A stretch of DNA of 64,000 bases. Origin: Moniliella sp. 'wahieum'. Taxonomy: Eukaryota. The notes beneath the pieces are model-generated. The model made no database searches. It was not told the origin of the DNA and saw only the letters and a program-made list of their open reading frames with translations. Made by a program: the position numbers and the translations under genes. This document shows, piece by piece, positions 39,901 through 52,371 of the stretch. How positions within the stretch are numbered: the first letter of the stretch is position 1; every line of letters starts with the position of its first letter. The stretch spans positions 310,001-374,000 of the forward strand of contig RSEE01000035.1 of the NCBI GenBank assembly GCA_003971905.1, read 5' to 3'.

Positions 39901-40900
39901 GCTCCTGCTCCTGCTCCTGCTCTTGCTCCATCGCCTGCTCCTGGTCGTTCACACCCCCTGCTCCTACTGTCCCGCCCTTGGAACCTACTGCTCCACCGCC
40001 TGTTCCTGCAGGTCCTGCCACGACTGATTTTCTTGCACCTCCGACCGAACCACCACCAGTTGCTGCTGCCCCTGCCACGACTGCCGCGACTGATTTCCTT
40101 GCTCCTCCCACTAGACCTCCACCTGCTCCTGTTCCTCCTGCCTATGCCGCTCCTCCTTACGCCATCCCTTCCCGGTCTGTTCGCACCAGGGTTGGCCCCA
40201 CCCGTCCCACCCGTCCCACATCCCTCATTCAGGCCCCCCCTATTCCGCGGGGGTCAGCCTTGATGATCCCTCCACATTTGTTGATAAGCCTTTTGAGCTC
40301 AACCGGAGGTTGTTGTTGAGCAAGAAGACGGTTAGGAAGTCAAAGGACGGCAAGGAAAAGGCTCGGGAGAATGTCGTCGAGAAGACTTCCCCTTTCCCAG
40401 CGGACTACGTTCACCCCCTCGAGATGAGCATGGTGGTCAAAGACCCCTATCGTTGGATGTGGTGGAGCCTTACAGCTGAGGACAATCTCTACGATTTGCT
40501 CAAGATACCAAAGAGAATGTTCCTGGTTTACTGGAGGGAATGTGGGAGTGATCTTGCCAGGTTCCAAGAAAAATACGGATCGGAGTATCTGTATGGCGGA
40601 GGGGAAAAAGCAATGGAAGGAGATTTCGGTCAACTTTTTGGACGCAGAAGTGCGCAGGCAAGAAAACCTAAAGAAGCAGCAGGAGCCTTTCACCAAGAGC
40701 GACAAGATTCGTTATGGTGTCCCAAGCCAAACGGGAGAGAGCCCTGATTGATTGATGCTCTCAGATCTGCATCTCGCCGCTCGCAGCCGACGGGAACGCT
40801 TGGCGCTGATGTTTCGCCTGTAAATGGTATCCAGTGACGTCTTCTTGAAGCCATTCGATAGTTGGTCTCTGAAATGCAATCGCGGCCACCACTGTATACC
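36946..40900 (+). mobile_element. Crypton-type tyrosine recombinase transposon
   Basis: Encodes a YR recombinase and no RT. Its 5' terminal ~250 bp is repeated at 6620-6892. It lies between two housekeeping genes. The 3' boundary is not defined. Confidence 0.75.
37247..40837 (+). CDS. Crypton tyrosine recombinase with Pro/Ala linker and probable C-terminal DNA-binding (GCR1_C-like) region
   Basis: STLRKYQSAIRRF core-binding helix; catalytic R in MWLRSREVLDLKWRDI (about 38648); YVFPQLA; HGFRRGGAQ (about 39117); VRWWGGWS; nucleophile Y in LVRYVLD (about 39248). Intron at about 38731-38786. (PA)n tract at 39808-39945. The C-terminal domain call is tentative. Confidence 0.82.
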
Positions 40901-41621
40901 CGCTGATCGAGGATCTCCTCCCTTTCATTTAATCCGATTTTTGGTACTGCGTGATTATTGGGCAGCTAACTGTGGGAATGGAGGTGGTGAGTCGTAACAT
41001 TCACTGCATTGCTCCCCCAAGCGATGCTTCCTATTCGCAGGAAGGGCGGAGCAGAAGAAATGTAAGAGCACTACTGATGCCCTGCTGCCACTGGTCGCAT
41101 GTCACATGTCACATGTCACATGTCACATGTCACCGGTCACCAGTGTCGCAACAGAGCGTACGTTTCAGAATTGAATAGGAGCACACCCCGTCTATCAGTA
41201 CTCAGTGCTTTGCGCACCAGAAGGTGCACTAGGCTCAGGTGCTGCCTGCTACCCAGCCAGCCCAGCCCCAGCTCAGCCCCAAACCCCAGCCTCAGCCCCC
41301 CAGAGGAGGCTACCCCGAAGCCACTTTAGAAACAGGCTGCGGGCTGCTGCTACCTGCTGCCGTACTGCCCCCGTGCCAGCCACAGCTTGTCATCATATCA
41401 TTCAACGTACATTCAACCTTGGGCCACGCGCCTTCAAGCTTCAAGCTTAGAGCGCTTTGCGCTTAATCCGCTGAACGTTGAACTTTGCCCCCCCAGCGCG
41501 CGCTTCGAAATGTAAGTGGGCGTGTGCCCCCCTGTATTGGCTCCCTCGGCCCACACACCATCCCTTTCCGTCCTCCACGCCGCCGTCCACCCTCACCTCA
41601 CCTTCTCATATCTTGCCTTCC

Positions 41622-43272
41622 ATGTACCGACCCGTCTCCCCGCGGAGCTCCATCTGCCCCTTAGATCACGTATGTTCCTGCTGTTCCCTCTTGACTTGGT
41701 CAGGCATCTCCGCCTGTGTTGGCTCTGCAGTGCACACTGTTGCCATGGTTGATACAGGGGGTGCTGTACTTGTGACAGTCGCCTGCATTTCATTTGTGGT
41801 ACTAACCCTGTGTCGCTCTGGCCTAGGTCACCTTCAGCACGAGCAACGAGAATAACAAGATGCCCGAGGCGCGCCAGGCTCAGCTGGACCAGCTGTTGGC
41901 CAAGTACACCGACCTTTTCACTGTTTCCCCCGCCCAGCTGCAGGACATTACCCACAACTTTGTTGAGGTGCTGCAGAACGGCTTGGACAAGCACGGGCAG
42001 ACGGTCCGGATGTTTGCCACCTACGTCTTTGGGTTTCCCACTGGCAAAGAAGAGGGCAAGTATCTGGCCCTCGATCTAGGCGGAACCAATTTGCGGGTTT
42101 GTCTCGTAGAGCTCCACGGCGATCGCACGTTCCATGTGACCCAGTCCAAGTTTAAGCTCACCGAGGAACAGAAGCATTGCGAAGGGTCGGAGCTGTTTGA
42201 CTTCTGTGCCCAATGCCTCGGCACGTTTGTCGATGAGACGATTCCTCACAAGGCCGATGGCTCCCTGGACATCGAACATCGTATTCCTCTCGGGTTTACC
42301 TTTTCCTACCCTATGGAGCAGGAACGCATTGACCATGGCGAACTGGTCCGCTGGACCAAAGGTTTTGGTAATCCCAACACTGAAAACCGGGATGTGGCTA
42401 CTATGTTCCGTTCCTCACTCACCAAGTACAACATCCCCATCCGTCTTACCTCTCTAATTAATGATACAACCGGTACCCTAATTGCATCCCACTATACCGA
42501 CCCGGACGTGAAGATTGCCTGCATTTTTGGCACGGGGTGCAACGCCGCCTACATGGAACACGTGCGGGACATTCCCAAATTTACCAAGGACCACCCTGAA
42601 GTCAGCCTAGATGACGATATGGCAATCAACTGTGAATATGGTGCGTTTGATTCATACCATCCCAAGTTCCTGCCTCGAACCAAGTACGACGAAACGATCG
42701 ACATGACATCCAACAAGCCAACACACAAGTGTATGAAAAGATGATTGCCGGTCTCTATCTTGGTGAAATTTTCCGCCTCTGCATGACAGAGATGGTAGAC
42801 GAGGGGTCCCTCTTTGTCGGCCAAAACACTACAAGATCGAGTCGCCGTTTGTATTTGACACTGCGTTCCTCTCTCATGGAGGCCGACCCGACGCCCGAGT
42901 TGCTTACTATTACCGGACTCTTTGTTCACTTCTTTGGCTTGGAGACCACCCTGGCCGAGCGCCAGTTTTTCCGCAGCCTGGCTCAACTCATGATTGGGAC
43001 CCCTCTGCACGCTTGTCAGCGTGCGGGATTGCCGCTCTGGTCACCAAGATGGGATATATCGAGGACGGATGTGGCGTGGGGGCGGATGGAAGCCTGTTCA
43101 GCAAGTACCCAGGTTTCCCTGAGCGCATTTCGCAAGGTCTCGTTGATATTTTTGGTGAGGCAGGCGTAAGATCAAGCTTCACCAAGCTGAAGATGGCTCT
43201 GGTGTGGGCTCTGCCATCATTGCGGCCATGACCAAGAGCCGTAAGGACCAGGGCATCTATGAGCAACTGTAA
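41622..43272 (+). CDS. HXK1: Hexokinase
   Basis: Motifs LALDLGGTNLRV, LGFTFSYP, WTKGF, INDTTGTL, IFGTGCNAAY, INCEYGAFD, YEKMIAGLYLGE, ADGSL. Probable short first exon from 41622 and intron at about 41670-41826; alternative start at 41860. Confidence 0.95.
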
Positions 43273-44350
43273 GACGACATTGATCCTTGTCATTGCTTTG
43301 CGTTGCGTTCGTCCTCTCCTTCTCTTCCCCACACGTATGCCACTGCCATTTACGACCCCCCTTTTTGGCACTCCATTCCATTTCCCTCGGCCGTATTGGG
43401 GCCTTTAAGGCGCAGCATTGGAATTGGCCTTTGGTGGGACTGCCCGTATGGACAATATCTTCTCTGTGCTCCTTGTGAGGATGGCGGTTTGTTTTGTTGT
43501 AGGGCCTTGATTTCCGAATCCAAGGAGGGGAGGATGGGGTGCTCTCTCATGTTATCCATCCCACTCTTTGCTTTGGTTTGCTCGACCGTATGGCCTGTTT
43601 TCCGTTTCCCTATTTCATGGCAATTGCACTAGAACCATCATGAACATTTGGCGATTCAACATGGGCCCCGGAGGTGCTTTTAGCGGGAAGGCCACGGGGG
43701 CGTTGGTTGAATAGCACCCTTCGGGGCCGGCCGCAGCGCTGGAAAGAAAGGAAGCCCACCAGGTGCGGCTCAGCCTGAACCTGGATTAACCTTTGCCTCT
43801 TCGGTTCCCAAGCCGAACCGGTTACCGATTTAACCTTTAACGTTTAACGTTTAACCCAAAGTGATCTTTCAAACGATCATTTACGTAGGGTTACGCCTTG
43901 CGACAAACAGGGGCACCCTATCCAAGTGGAGGCTCACACACTGCCCTTCCGCCAAACTCGCCACACTGCCCCCACGGCCGGGATCAAAATTTGCCATCGT
44001 TCGCGGTGGCCTATAAAGAAGGTCGCGGGCGCCCTCTCCAAGCTTCTTTCCCTTACCCTTATGCGGCACTTGATGCCGCGCCGGTGCGCCTCCTTCCCCG
44101 TCCGGCTCGCCTCTTTCGTGGCGGAGACCGCCCTTGGCCCCGGCAGAAGAAAGCCCAGGGGGCTGCTAAAACCATCGTCCGGAGGTTCGCTTTTGCTGAG
44201 CCCATGAGTGTCGATGACCTATTGTCCCTACACCTTCCTCATCTTTAAAATGGACATGTCTTTCCTTCTTCTCGTCCCTAACTGGCCTACTTCATAGCTC
44301 AGATGTTGTCTCGATATTTGTTTAGAACATTGGCGGCTCATCGAGCACAT

Positions 44351-46192
44351 TTAGCTGGCGGCTGCTGGCTCGGGCACCCAGTACGCGCTAGCTGGCAGGA
44401 CAGAAGCCTTGGGGTCGCGCACGGCCAATCGCTGGCTTGATGCGCTTGGACCTGTCGATGGGGGGAAGGGTGCTGGAACGGCCGACGTCTCGCTACCCCG
44501 GCAAGGGCACCGGTCCAGATCGAGCAGGACATGCGGCCCTAAGGGGAAGGAGAGGCAGTACATGTCCTTGTTCGGCGAGACGGTGCGAACATAGGTCAAG
44601 GTCGCCTTGGCCGGCCGGGGTTGAGCGGGTCCCGTTGTTCGCGTCAGCCGAAGTAGGGACCTGGGAGACTGGCTGAGACTCAGCACGGCCTTTCTTGAGG
44701 TCCTTGTTGGGCCGGTCAAATTCGTCTGCACCTGGAGCGCATGCTCTGAATCCAGCGCGATTCCCATCGCTTCGTTCGCCCGTTGAATCAAGTCCTCGGC
44801 AGGGTGTTCCATGTCTTTCGTGAAGCAATAGACATGTACCAAGGGCCAGGGCAGGCCGTGAGCCAACGGGTCTTGAGCTCGAGCCACGATCTCAGCATCC
44901 AGTTCGGCCCTGCGTGATGGGGTGGAAGCCAAGGAGCGGTAGGCGCCCCGGAAGGCGCCCAGAAAGTGGAGGGCCGTGGAGGGAAGGTTCATGACAAAGT
45001 GCTCCGGCAGCTTACGGGGGCGACCATGGGGAAGAAAAGCAATGGGGTTGGACGCCTCCTCCTCTGGGGTGGCATAGGCGCATTGGACAGACCCTGGGCC
45101 AATGCTTTCTCCCTTCGCTCTTGCCCAACTTGCTTCAACTCAGTTTGAGCCTTGCGCATCTCCTGTGCAGAGGCGATGATAACGCCCGAGGGTGGCTCGT
45201 TCCAAACTTGTTCCACCGCGCGTGGGATGTAAGTGTAGGCATCTTCGCACGAGGAATGTACCCGGTCGGACACATGATTTCCCCGCGCATTAGCAACCAG
45301 TGCGTCATACGATGCGGGGTTCAAGTCGTTCGCCCACACCTCGCACTTGTTGACTCGGGCAGCTGGGACAGCAAACGGTCCCACCCCAGCCATCGCGTCC
45401 ACCACCACGGCCCAGGGCCAAAGAGATGAACCAAACGGGCATGCTCCGATTCAAGACGCGAATTCCAGTAAACATGGCGGAAATCAAAGGTGAAGTTGCA
45501 TCCATGCTCAGTGAGGGTAACCTCGTAGTCCGGCTCGCCGGCCAGAAGCTCCATGGCAAAGGTGCGGAAACGGGTGTCGATAGCGTCCAGCTTGTTGACG
45601 ACAGTGCGGATCCCCTTGTTCTTATCCAACACCACTTGGCCAAAACATACTTGTAGGGCACCCATACTTCGCGCAGGTTCATGTGCGCAATATGGCCGGT
45701 AGAGGCAAACGCTGGGTGTACCACCCGCGCCAATCGAGGGTGGGAAGATGGCTGACATGACTTCGTCGGCGGTAAAAAGTCGTACCCAATCTCGCGCGAT
45801 GCCATGGTCAACTCAAGGTTCCAGAGGCAACAAAAGTCCTTCACATCCGTGGCACTCTGCAATTGACTCGTACTTCAGCGCAACCACCCTGCCCTTGGGG
45901 TCTTGCGGGTCGATCCAGACAGCGGGCAAACGAGGAGGAAAGTACACGTGCTGGGTCAACTCCTTGGCACGCAGGACCGACTCAACCCGCCGGGCTGGTA
46001 CGCGAACAGTTGCCCGATTCAAGACAACTGAAAACTGCGATGTATCAATCTTGAGGGAGCGAGCAAAGGTTTCGAGTTGCTCAGCTTGGGCAGGGGTTAA
46101 GGGGATGGGCAGACCCTCGTGGTACACCCGCGTAATCTGCGCGGGCGGGGTGGGGAGGCGCTGGATAGTCGCGGGGGGAGGGGGATGGACAT
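44351..46192 (-). CDS. TRM5: tRNA (guanine37-N1)-methyltransferase Trm5
   Basis: GHIAHMNLRE; GQVVLDKNKGIRTVVNK; FDFRHVYWNSRLESEH; VVDAMAGVGPFAVPAA..WANDLNP; MNLPSTALHFL; VHVYCF; VRTVSPNKDMYCLSF. Confidence 0.93.
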
Positions 46193-46437
46193 GGTGCGGG
46201 GAAGGGTGGTAATGCTGTGGGCAAAGACACTTCGGCGCGTGCTCAACGGCAACGGAACCCTCCGCCGTAAGGACCAACCAACGAAGGCGTGGAAATGGTG
46301 GTGTTGCATGTTGGGTGCCAGGCGGGGGCAGTAAGCAGAAAAAAGCATCTTCAGGACAGGAACTGCTTCGGTGCAATATGGCATACTCTGACATACCAGG
46401 CATGACAAGGTACTTTCTCTCTTGCCTTCGGCATACA

Positions 46438-46525
46438 GCTCTGATCTTCCAGTGGTTAGGAAGTAGGATTTTGAGACTACAACACAAACTTTCCTGAAAC
46501 CTGGGTTCGAATCCCAGTCGGAGCT
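46438..46525 (+). tRNA. tRNA-Gln(TTG) with 16-nt canonical-position intron
   Basis: Acceptor stem GCTCTGA/TCGGAGC; D-arm TTCC-AGTGGTTA-GGAA; anticodon stem TAGGA/TCCTG with TTG at 46471-46473; intron at about 46475-46490; T-arm CTGGG-TTCGAAT-CCCAG; followed directly by an oligo-T Pol III terminator. Confidence 0.93.
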
Positions 46526-46991
46526 TTTTTTTGTGGCGTACCGAGGAGTCGAGCGGCAGACGCGGATTGTCCTGTGGTCCCCAACTCGGGTGACATGTGA
46601 TCGCTCACAGTCGCTCTTGGGCGAGGGAAAGAGAACATGGTGCTCCCAGTGCTATTGGGACAGTGCATCAGCTTGATATTTCACAGCTGGTGGCTGCGTC
46701 AACGGGGAGGAGCGAGGAGCGTCAGCGCTCAGCGCGGGCTAAATTAAAAGCAGCAAGCTCACGCGTGAGCGCTGGTTATAGCACCGGCCAGGGCGGGGCT
46801 TAGGTAAGGGGACGCCGCCCCCGCTTCAGCCCAGTGTCGGCCGTTATCTGCGGAGGGGGACGGGGCCTGTGCGTATCGGGCGGTGGCTTGCAGGCTGCCT
46901 GGCCAGTCCTGCCCCTCTCTCCACCCCTCCCCCTCCCTTCCCCCATCGTCTGCCCCACCTCCTCCGCTGCCCCCCAATACGACGCTTTACC

Positions 46992-49352
46992 ATGTTTTCC
47001 TCCTCTCCCGCACGCGCCGGGCGGGTCGTCTTCTCCCCGCCTTCTCAGTCGGCTGCGTCCGACGACCTGGCCGAGCTGAGCGATGTGTCAAGCCTCGGCA
47101 CATCGGAGCTTGACGAGTACGACTTCCTGCACGATGTCCTCCCGTCTGACCAAGGCTCGGGCTCAGATGCCCTCCCCTCGGCCCTGCCGTCTGCCCCTCC
47201 CAATCTCTCTTCGCCGCCCGGGCCGATGTGATCGATAGCCCGTCTGTACACCCAATTGACTATTCCTCCACTCTCAACCAGTCGCACGCCACACTGTCAA
47301 CAGTGTCGGCCTCTGTTGACGTGTTATCTCTTCCCAACCACCATGCGGGACTCTTTACTTCGACCTCGCCTCCTCTCGAGGAGAGTTGGTGTACCCCCAG
47401 CTACTCAGGCTTTACTGAATGCGTTCCCGTTACGGGCCAGCCGTCAGCGTCCCTCGACCACCCCTGGAACTTGCGTCGCAGTGTTCTGTGTGAGCCTGCA
47501 TGCTCCGACATTTCGCTCGAGGCTGCATCGGATTGGTTGATACCGAGGTAAATGAGACTCAGGTGAAGGTACACATCCTATCCTCTTCCCCATCTTCTCG
47601 GGCCGTCTGTGCCCCGCTTTGAAGGAAATCCAAGCGTCACTCTCTACCGCTTTTCCCAAATGTCAGGTAAGGCCCATCCATCCCAGTCTTCCGTAAGGGT
47701 GGCTTGTGTTTGACTGTATTTACACGCATTCCTCTCTTTTCTTTTCCTCAGGCATTGCCGGATATTACCACGGGCTTGTTTCCTCCAACGGAAAGCGCAA
47801 GCTTCTTCCTCATTGTGCCATCGAACATGGGACATCCCACCGTGGCCATTCCAGCGCACGAGTCACTCCCCTCGGGGGCAGTCGTCCTTCCTCTCGTCTT
47901 ACCTGACTTGGAAAGCAACCAAAGCATGCCATCTGTCAAGCGGGAAGGAGAAGTTTACTCCGATCAGCACTTCCAAGTTGATTATCCAGGTGCCGCATTC
48001 GTGTTGCCCCCTGTTCCTCTGGTAAACTTTGACACCGAAATTCGCCGCATTCACCAGAATCGTCAGGACTGGGTTGGCGACTATGTCTCTCTTAATGCTG
48101 CCGGGCAAGTTGAATCCAAGCAGCCAATCAGGCCAACCTCTTCGACGGAGAAGGGGGTGGCTCACGCGCCCCCTCACCTGCCCCCACAGAACCCGCAAGT
48201 CAAGGCCGAAAAAGACTACATCAACGGTCCGCCAAAGACTTTGTCAACCAGCTGGTGGAATCTCAAGCTGTTCAGTTGTGTGGCCCTGGTTCTTTCGCTG
48301 TTAGGTCTTATGATTCAGCTGGGCCCCAGTGCTCAGGCGATGGTATCGTATTTGACTACCGTACCTAGCAGGCTCTCAGACCGGGCGGAGGTGGGTTTGT
48401 CCCTACCTTCTTGGGGTCCAAGCGACTTGATCCTTACTTCTGCTCAGACTATTTCCGAAGGATGGACTCCCGTTGATCAGACACCTGCAAAGCCGGGGTT
48501 TCTGACGCGATCGCCCCGCCCATCTACCCGTCTCTGTCTCACTCTGAGTCTGCCACTGATTCTATCCCACCTGCCCCAACTCCTACAGAGTTGGAGAAAG
48601 AAACCAGTCCCGAATCTAACGCGAACGGTGGGATTGGTAGCTTTGCTACTGCGTGCGCCGAAAGTGTGCTGGTCAAAGCGGACCCAAACTACCTTGTCCC
48701 TTGTAAGTTTGCCTCTCGTTGGATGAATGAGCCGCTAACGTTGAATTCAGGGATGGAGAATAATCTTGTGGAGATCTGGAATGAGCTCTTACAGTGGTGG
48801 CGGGAGCTTAACCAGCTCCTAGCAGAACTGCAAGAGGAAGGTGTCTTGATACGCGACATCATCGCCAAATGGTTGCCCTTGCCTGGACGGGTTCCTGGCG
48901 TGCTTACTATGGCGGGAGGGTCCGTGCATGACGTTCTCTCATTGACGGCGGATCAAGTTCGGACTGTATCGACACTTGTCCAACTCGGTCCATCAAGTGA
49001 CCAAACAATCGGCCAAGGGCGCTCATCTGACCCGAACCAAAGGGGAGAAAGAAGCACGGATCATACTCGGCAAATCCAGCAGACCCTCCATGCTAGTCTG
49101 TTTGCCATGCGCCGCACTACGCACTACGCACAGGGCCAAGCACACGAGGTTGACCAACAAGTCCAGCTTGCAAGTCGCCATGTGGCACAGCACGTGCACA
49201 GGTCTTTGAATCGACTTGGGTCCTTCACCCGGCATCGTACCTCCAACGCTCAGCTGGCCGCACGTAATCTCGCGTCCCAACTGCGGTGGCCATTGACGAA
49301 CCGCAAACCTAAGAGAAGTACGTGTGTTGCCGGTATGCCCGACATCAGCTAA
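46992..49352 (+). CDS. Hypothetical protein with one probable transmembrane segment
   Basis: Consecutive overlapping long ORFs (MFSSSPARAG..., 47704-48726, 48591-49352) with a hydrophobic stretch LFSCVALVLSLLGLMIQLG. No recognised domain. Confidence 0.5.
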
Positions 49353-49625
49353 CGTCTTGTTCCGCTGTTCCAGCCCGCACCTGACGGCCATCAATCCCTT
49401 GACGTCTCGCATCCATTTACGAGCTGCGATCTGATACGGAATCCTGGATCCGGGAATTCCGGTTCCCGCACCGTTTTGGATCGCCTGCACTACTCTCTAC
49501 TACGTTTCTAGCTCGGAAACCATAACCCCATCCAGAAAATCCCAGAGGTGTGCGACAAGCAAGATAGAATGACACAGGGGGGGGGGGCATGCATATACGG
49601 GAGCCTGGGCCGGGGATGAGCTATG

Positions 49626-52371
49626 CTAAGAAGATTGTTTTGGCTTGGCTGGCCGAGGCTGGGGGCGATCAGAGTGCCCGTTGGAGAGACGCGCAAGGGG
49701 CCGCACCTGCAAAGAAGCCGTCTGGATCATGGAAAGAGAGGGAAGACGTCCAGTAGGGGGCACGCGACTCCACAGACCGGCCTTGGGCTTCGAATCGGAC
49801 CCGATCATGCCGTCATCGTCAGGAAGCGGGTTGTCCTTGTGAGCTGGGCCAGAGCGCATGTGTGCTTCATACAACGGTCGCAGCAATCCAATTTGCTCTT
49901 CCGCACCATCTCGTCCGAGCGGGACATAAGGAGGAGGCGGAGCAAAGCCCGCCTGATCGTCTAAGCGGCGCATCCTCCTCCTCCCCCACAGGCGCAGAGA
50001 CGCCTTGCCTCCGAACTCCCTGCAGCAAGTGCATTGGAACCGAGAGGGAGCCGACGTCGATCCCCAACTCGCGGAAACCGAAAAAGTCAATCCCTGTTTG
50101 GTCGGCAAAGCCACCGGCAGTCAGCGCCGACGAGCCTGGGTCGGCGTAAAGCCGTTCGTGGGCATCGGCTAATCGGGAGTGGGAAACATTGACTTGTCCC
50201 TCCCATGCATGGGTGAGACGACGAAGGATGTCGTTATACCGTACCCTTTGGCGCTCCACGCTCTTGACGTACGTTTCCAACGATGTGGGTGTCTGCCCGC
50301 TCACCTCCTGCAGGGCATGACTCACCATATCGTCGGCGGTCATCAGGTGTGCGGGACGCACCGATTGTGCCACTCCGCCAGAAGCGTCGTTGGGATGGGC
50401 AAGGGTAATTCCTTGCCTTGCGACAAGGACGAAGCGCATGTGTCCATCTCTGCGCTCGGATTCGCTTGGCGGTCGGCATACGCACGTAAAGTTCGGCCTA
50501 CAGCAGTGATCATGTGAGCTCCCAAATCGGCAAGCACGCTAAGGGGAGCACGATGTGCAGCGTTCACCCCATGCACACTAGCCAACTGAGCAGCCACATG
50601 AGCCATCGCTTGCGTAGCTCCCGCAGGCGTGATGCGAGACAAGGGCGCCATTGGCACTTCGTCTGATAGCCCAGACTTGGGGGGATCCGGAAATGGCGAG
50701 ATCATACCGAAGGCCGAGGCAAACTTCCGCTCGGGGTCCAAAGGGGGGGAGCTCGGCCTGTGCCGGATAGCACCGCCTTCCCCATCCTCCTCTTCCTCTG
50801 CCTCTTCGTCCTCCTCACCTTCATCCTCGGCATCCAATGCCCAGGTGGGGATTGGCTCGTTGGTTCCATTGGCGTGCACCAATGCGCCAACCTTGGCGTT
50901 CACCGAGCGGACTTTGGCCAAGATAGCGATTGACTGAGGGATTCGGTTGCGATATCGCTTAGGTGGGGGCGGATGGGCCCAGCCTCCTGCGAAGATCCGG
51001 CGCCATCTTCCAGTGGTGCATCGACACGTTTTCGCTTTGCACGCTGCAAACGGTGAGCCAAATGAGTTTGGTAGGCGGCAGCCTCCGCGGCTGTTAGAGG
51101 CCGACTTGATGGTGGCGCAGATGGAATCCCGTTTCCGGCCAACGAGGTGGACGGCATCGCGTCCCACCAAGAACCGAGAGAGGAAGGATAGTGGGTCATC
51201 GCTTCTGCTGCAGTAGACGCGCCTGACTGTTCGGATGACGAGGAAGGTAGACTTGGATCGTCCAGTGGATCCAAAGGGCGAGCAGACGATGATTCCATCC
51301 CCGGTTTCGGAGGCAATGCTGTCAGGGATGAATGGAGGGGACCAGCCACACGGATGTCGCGAATAGCTGCATCAAACGCGTCGTGATCCAAATGAGCAGA
51401 AGATGGGGGCCGGTCTCCGGGGGGGACGAAATGTGGCCAGAAGAGAGTGGGGCATCTGGTGGAGGTGTTTTGGATTGAGAGAAATGGGAGGGGAAAGGAT
51501 AATATGGCGGTGGTGAAGGCTGGGGTGAGAAAGGACGGGATGATTGTTGCAGGGAGGACAAGGACTGTGTCCAGTAGAGAGAAAGTGTTCATTCCATGAG
51601 ATGAACGGGAAAGAGCGGGGCGATCACCGAAGGGGATGGATATCGCAGGAACGGGAGCGCGTAGTGGCGTGCCCGCGGTGTCAGAAGAATCACCCGCCGC
51701 TGTAGAATCACCTGCCCGGCCCGTATCCACACCAGGCGAGGGACGAGTACCGTCGACGGCGGCCGCGGGAGAGAGCGCGGGTGGGGTTTGGTCTTGCCAG
51801 GTAGACGCAATGGACTCGAACTGGCGCAGGGCATCTTGCGGCTCGGACTTGTCGTGGACAAAACTCAGAAGATGGGCGGCCTTCTTGCGCATAAAGTACA
51901 CATTGCGTCGGAGCGGGTGAGCCGGGTCGGTGTTATAGATGAGGCAGTTGTTCCAGATGAGGTCGAGGTCGTGGGCAAACTGCTTCTTGTTCTTGTACTG
52001 ACCCTGGCGCACCTTCTTCTGCATGGATCCAATGTCCATGGGGTGCTTGATCACGTCGTAGTAGTCGGGGCGTCGCGCTTACTGACACGGTTGAGGAACG
52101 CGGCCGAGTGCTCCGAGTAGGCGCGCAACTCAGCAAGGACGCGTTCGATGGACTCGAGAAACTCTTCACGCTGGTCACGGGCCTTGTGCGTGTCGGAGAT
52201 CAGCGTCCACAGCTCGCGGTCGGCGACGGGGACCTCGGCGCGGTGGGCCTGAATCGCCTGGAGGAGGTACTTCATGGCGATCACGGCAAGGCGGTGGAGT
52301 GGAGCAGCCAATCAAGCCTCTTGAGATATTCAACTCACCAACCAGCCGAATACCGCAAGGTAGGTGGTGCA
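49626..52371 (-). CDS. SPT7: SAGA complex subunit Spt7 (bromodomain + histone fold)
   Basis: Bromodomain AFLNRVSKRDAP.YYDVIKHPMDIGSMQKKV..YKNKKQFAHDLDLIWNNCLIYN; histone-fold LSVLADLGAHMITAVGRTLRAYAD; C-terminal GGFADQTGIDFFGFRELGID motif. Confidence 0.9.

Noticed and set aside
39206..40027. ORF with a poly-Leu/His 'transmembrane' stretch
   Set aside because: It is an out-of-frame reading of the (CCTGCT)n Pro-Ala linker after a frameshift.
6620..40900. Starship-like giant cargo element bounded by the two Crypton-end repeats or led by the YR gene
   Set aside because: The recombinase has Crypton-type motifs (FRRGGAQ/WWGGW) rather than a recognisable DUF3435 captain. The neighbouring genes are core housekeeping genes, and no matching right end or target duplication was seen.
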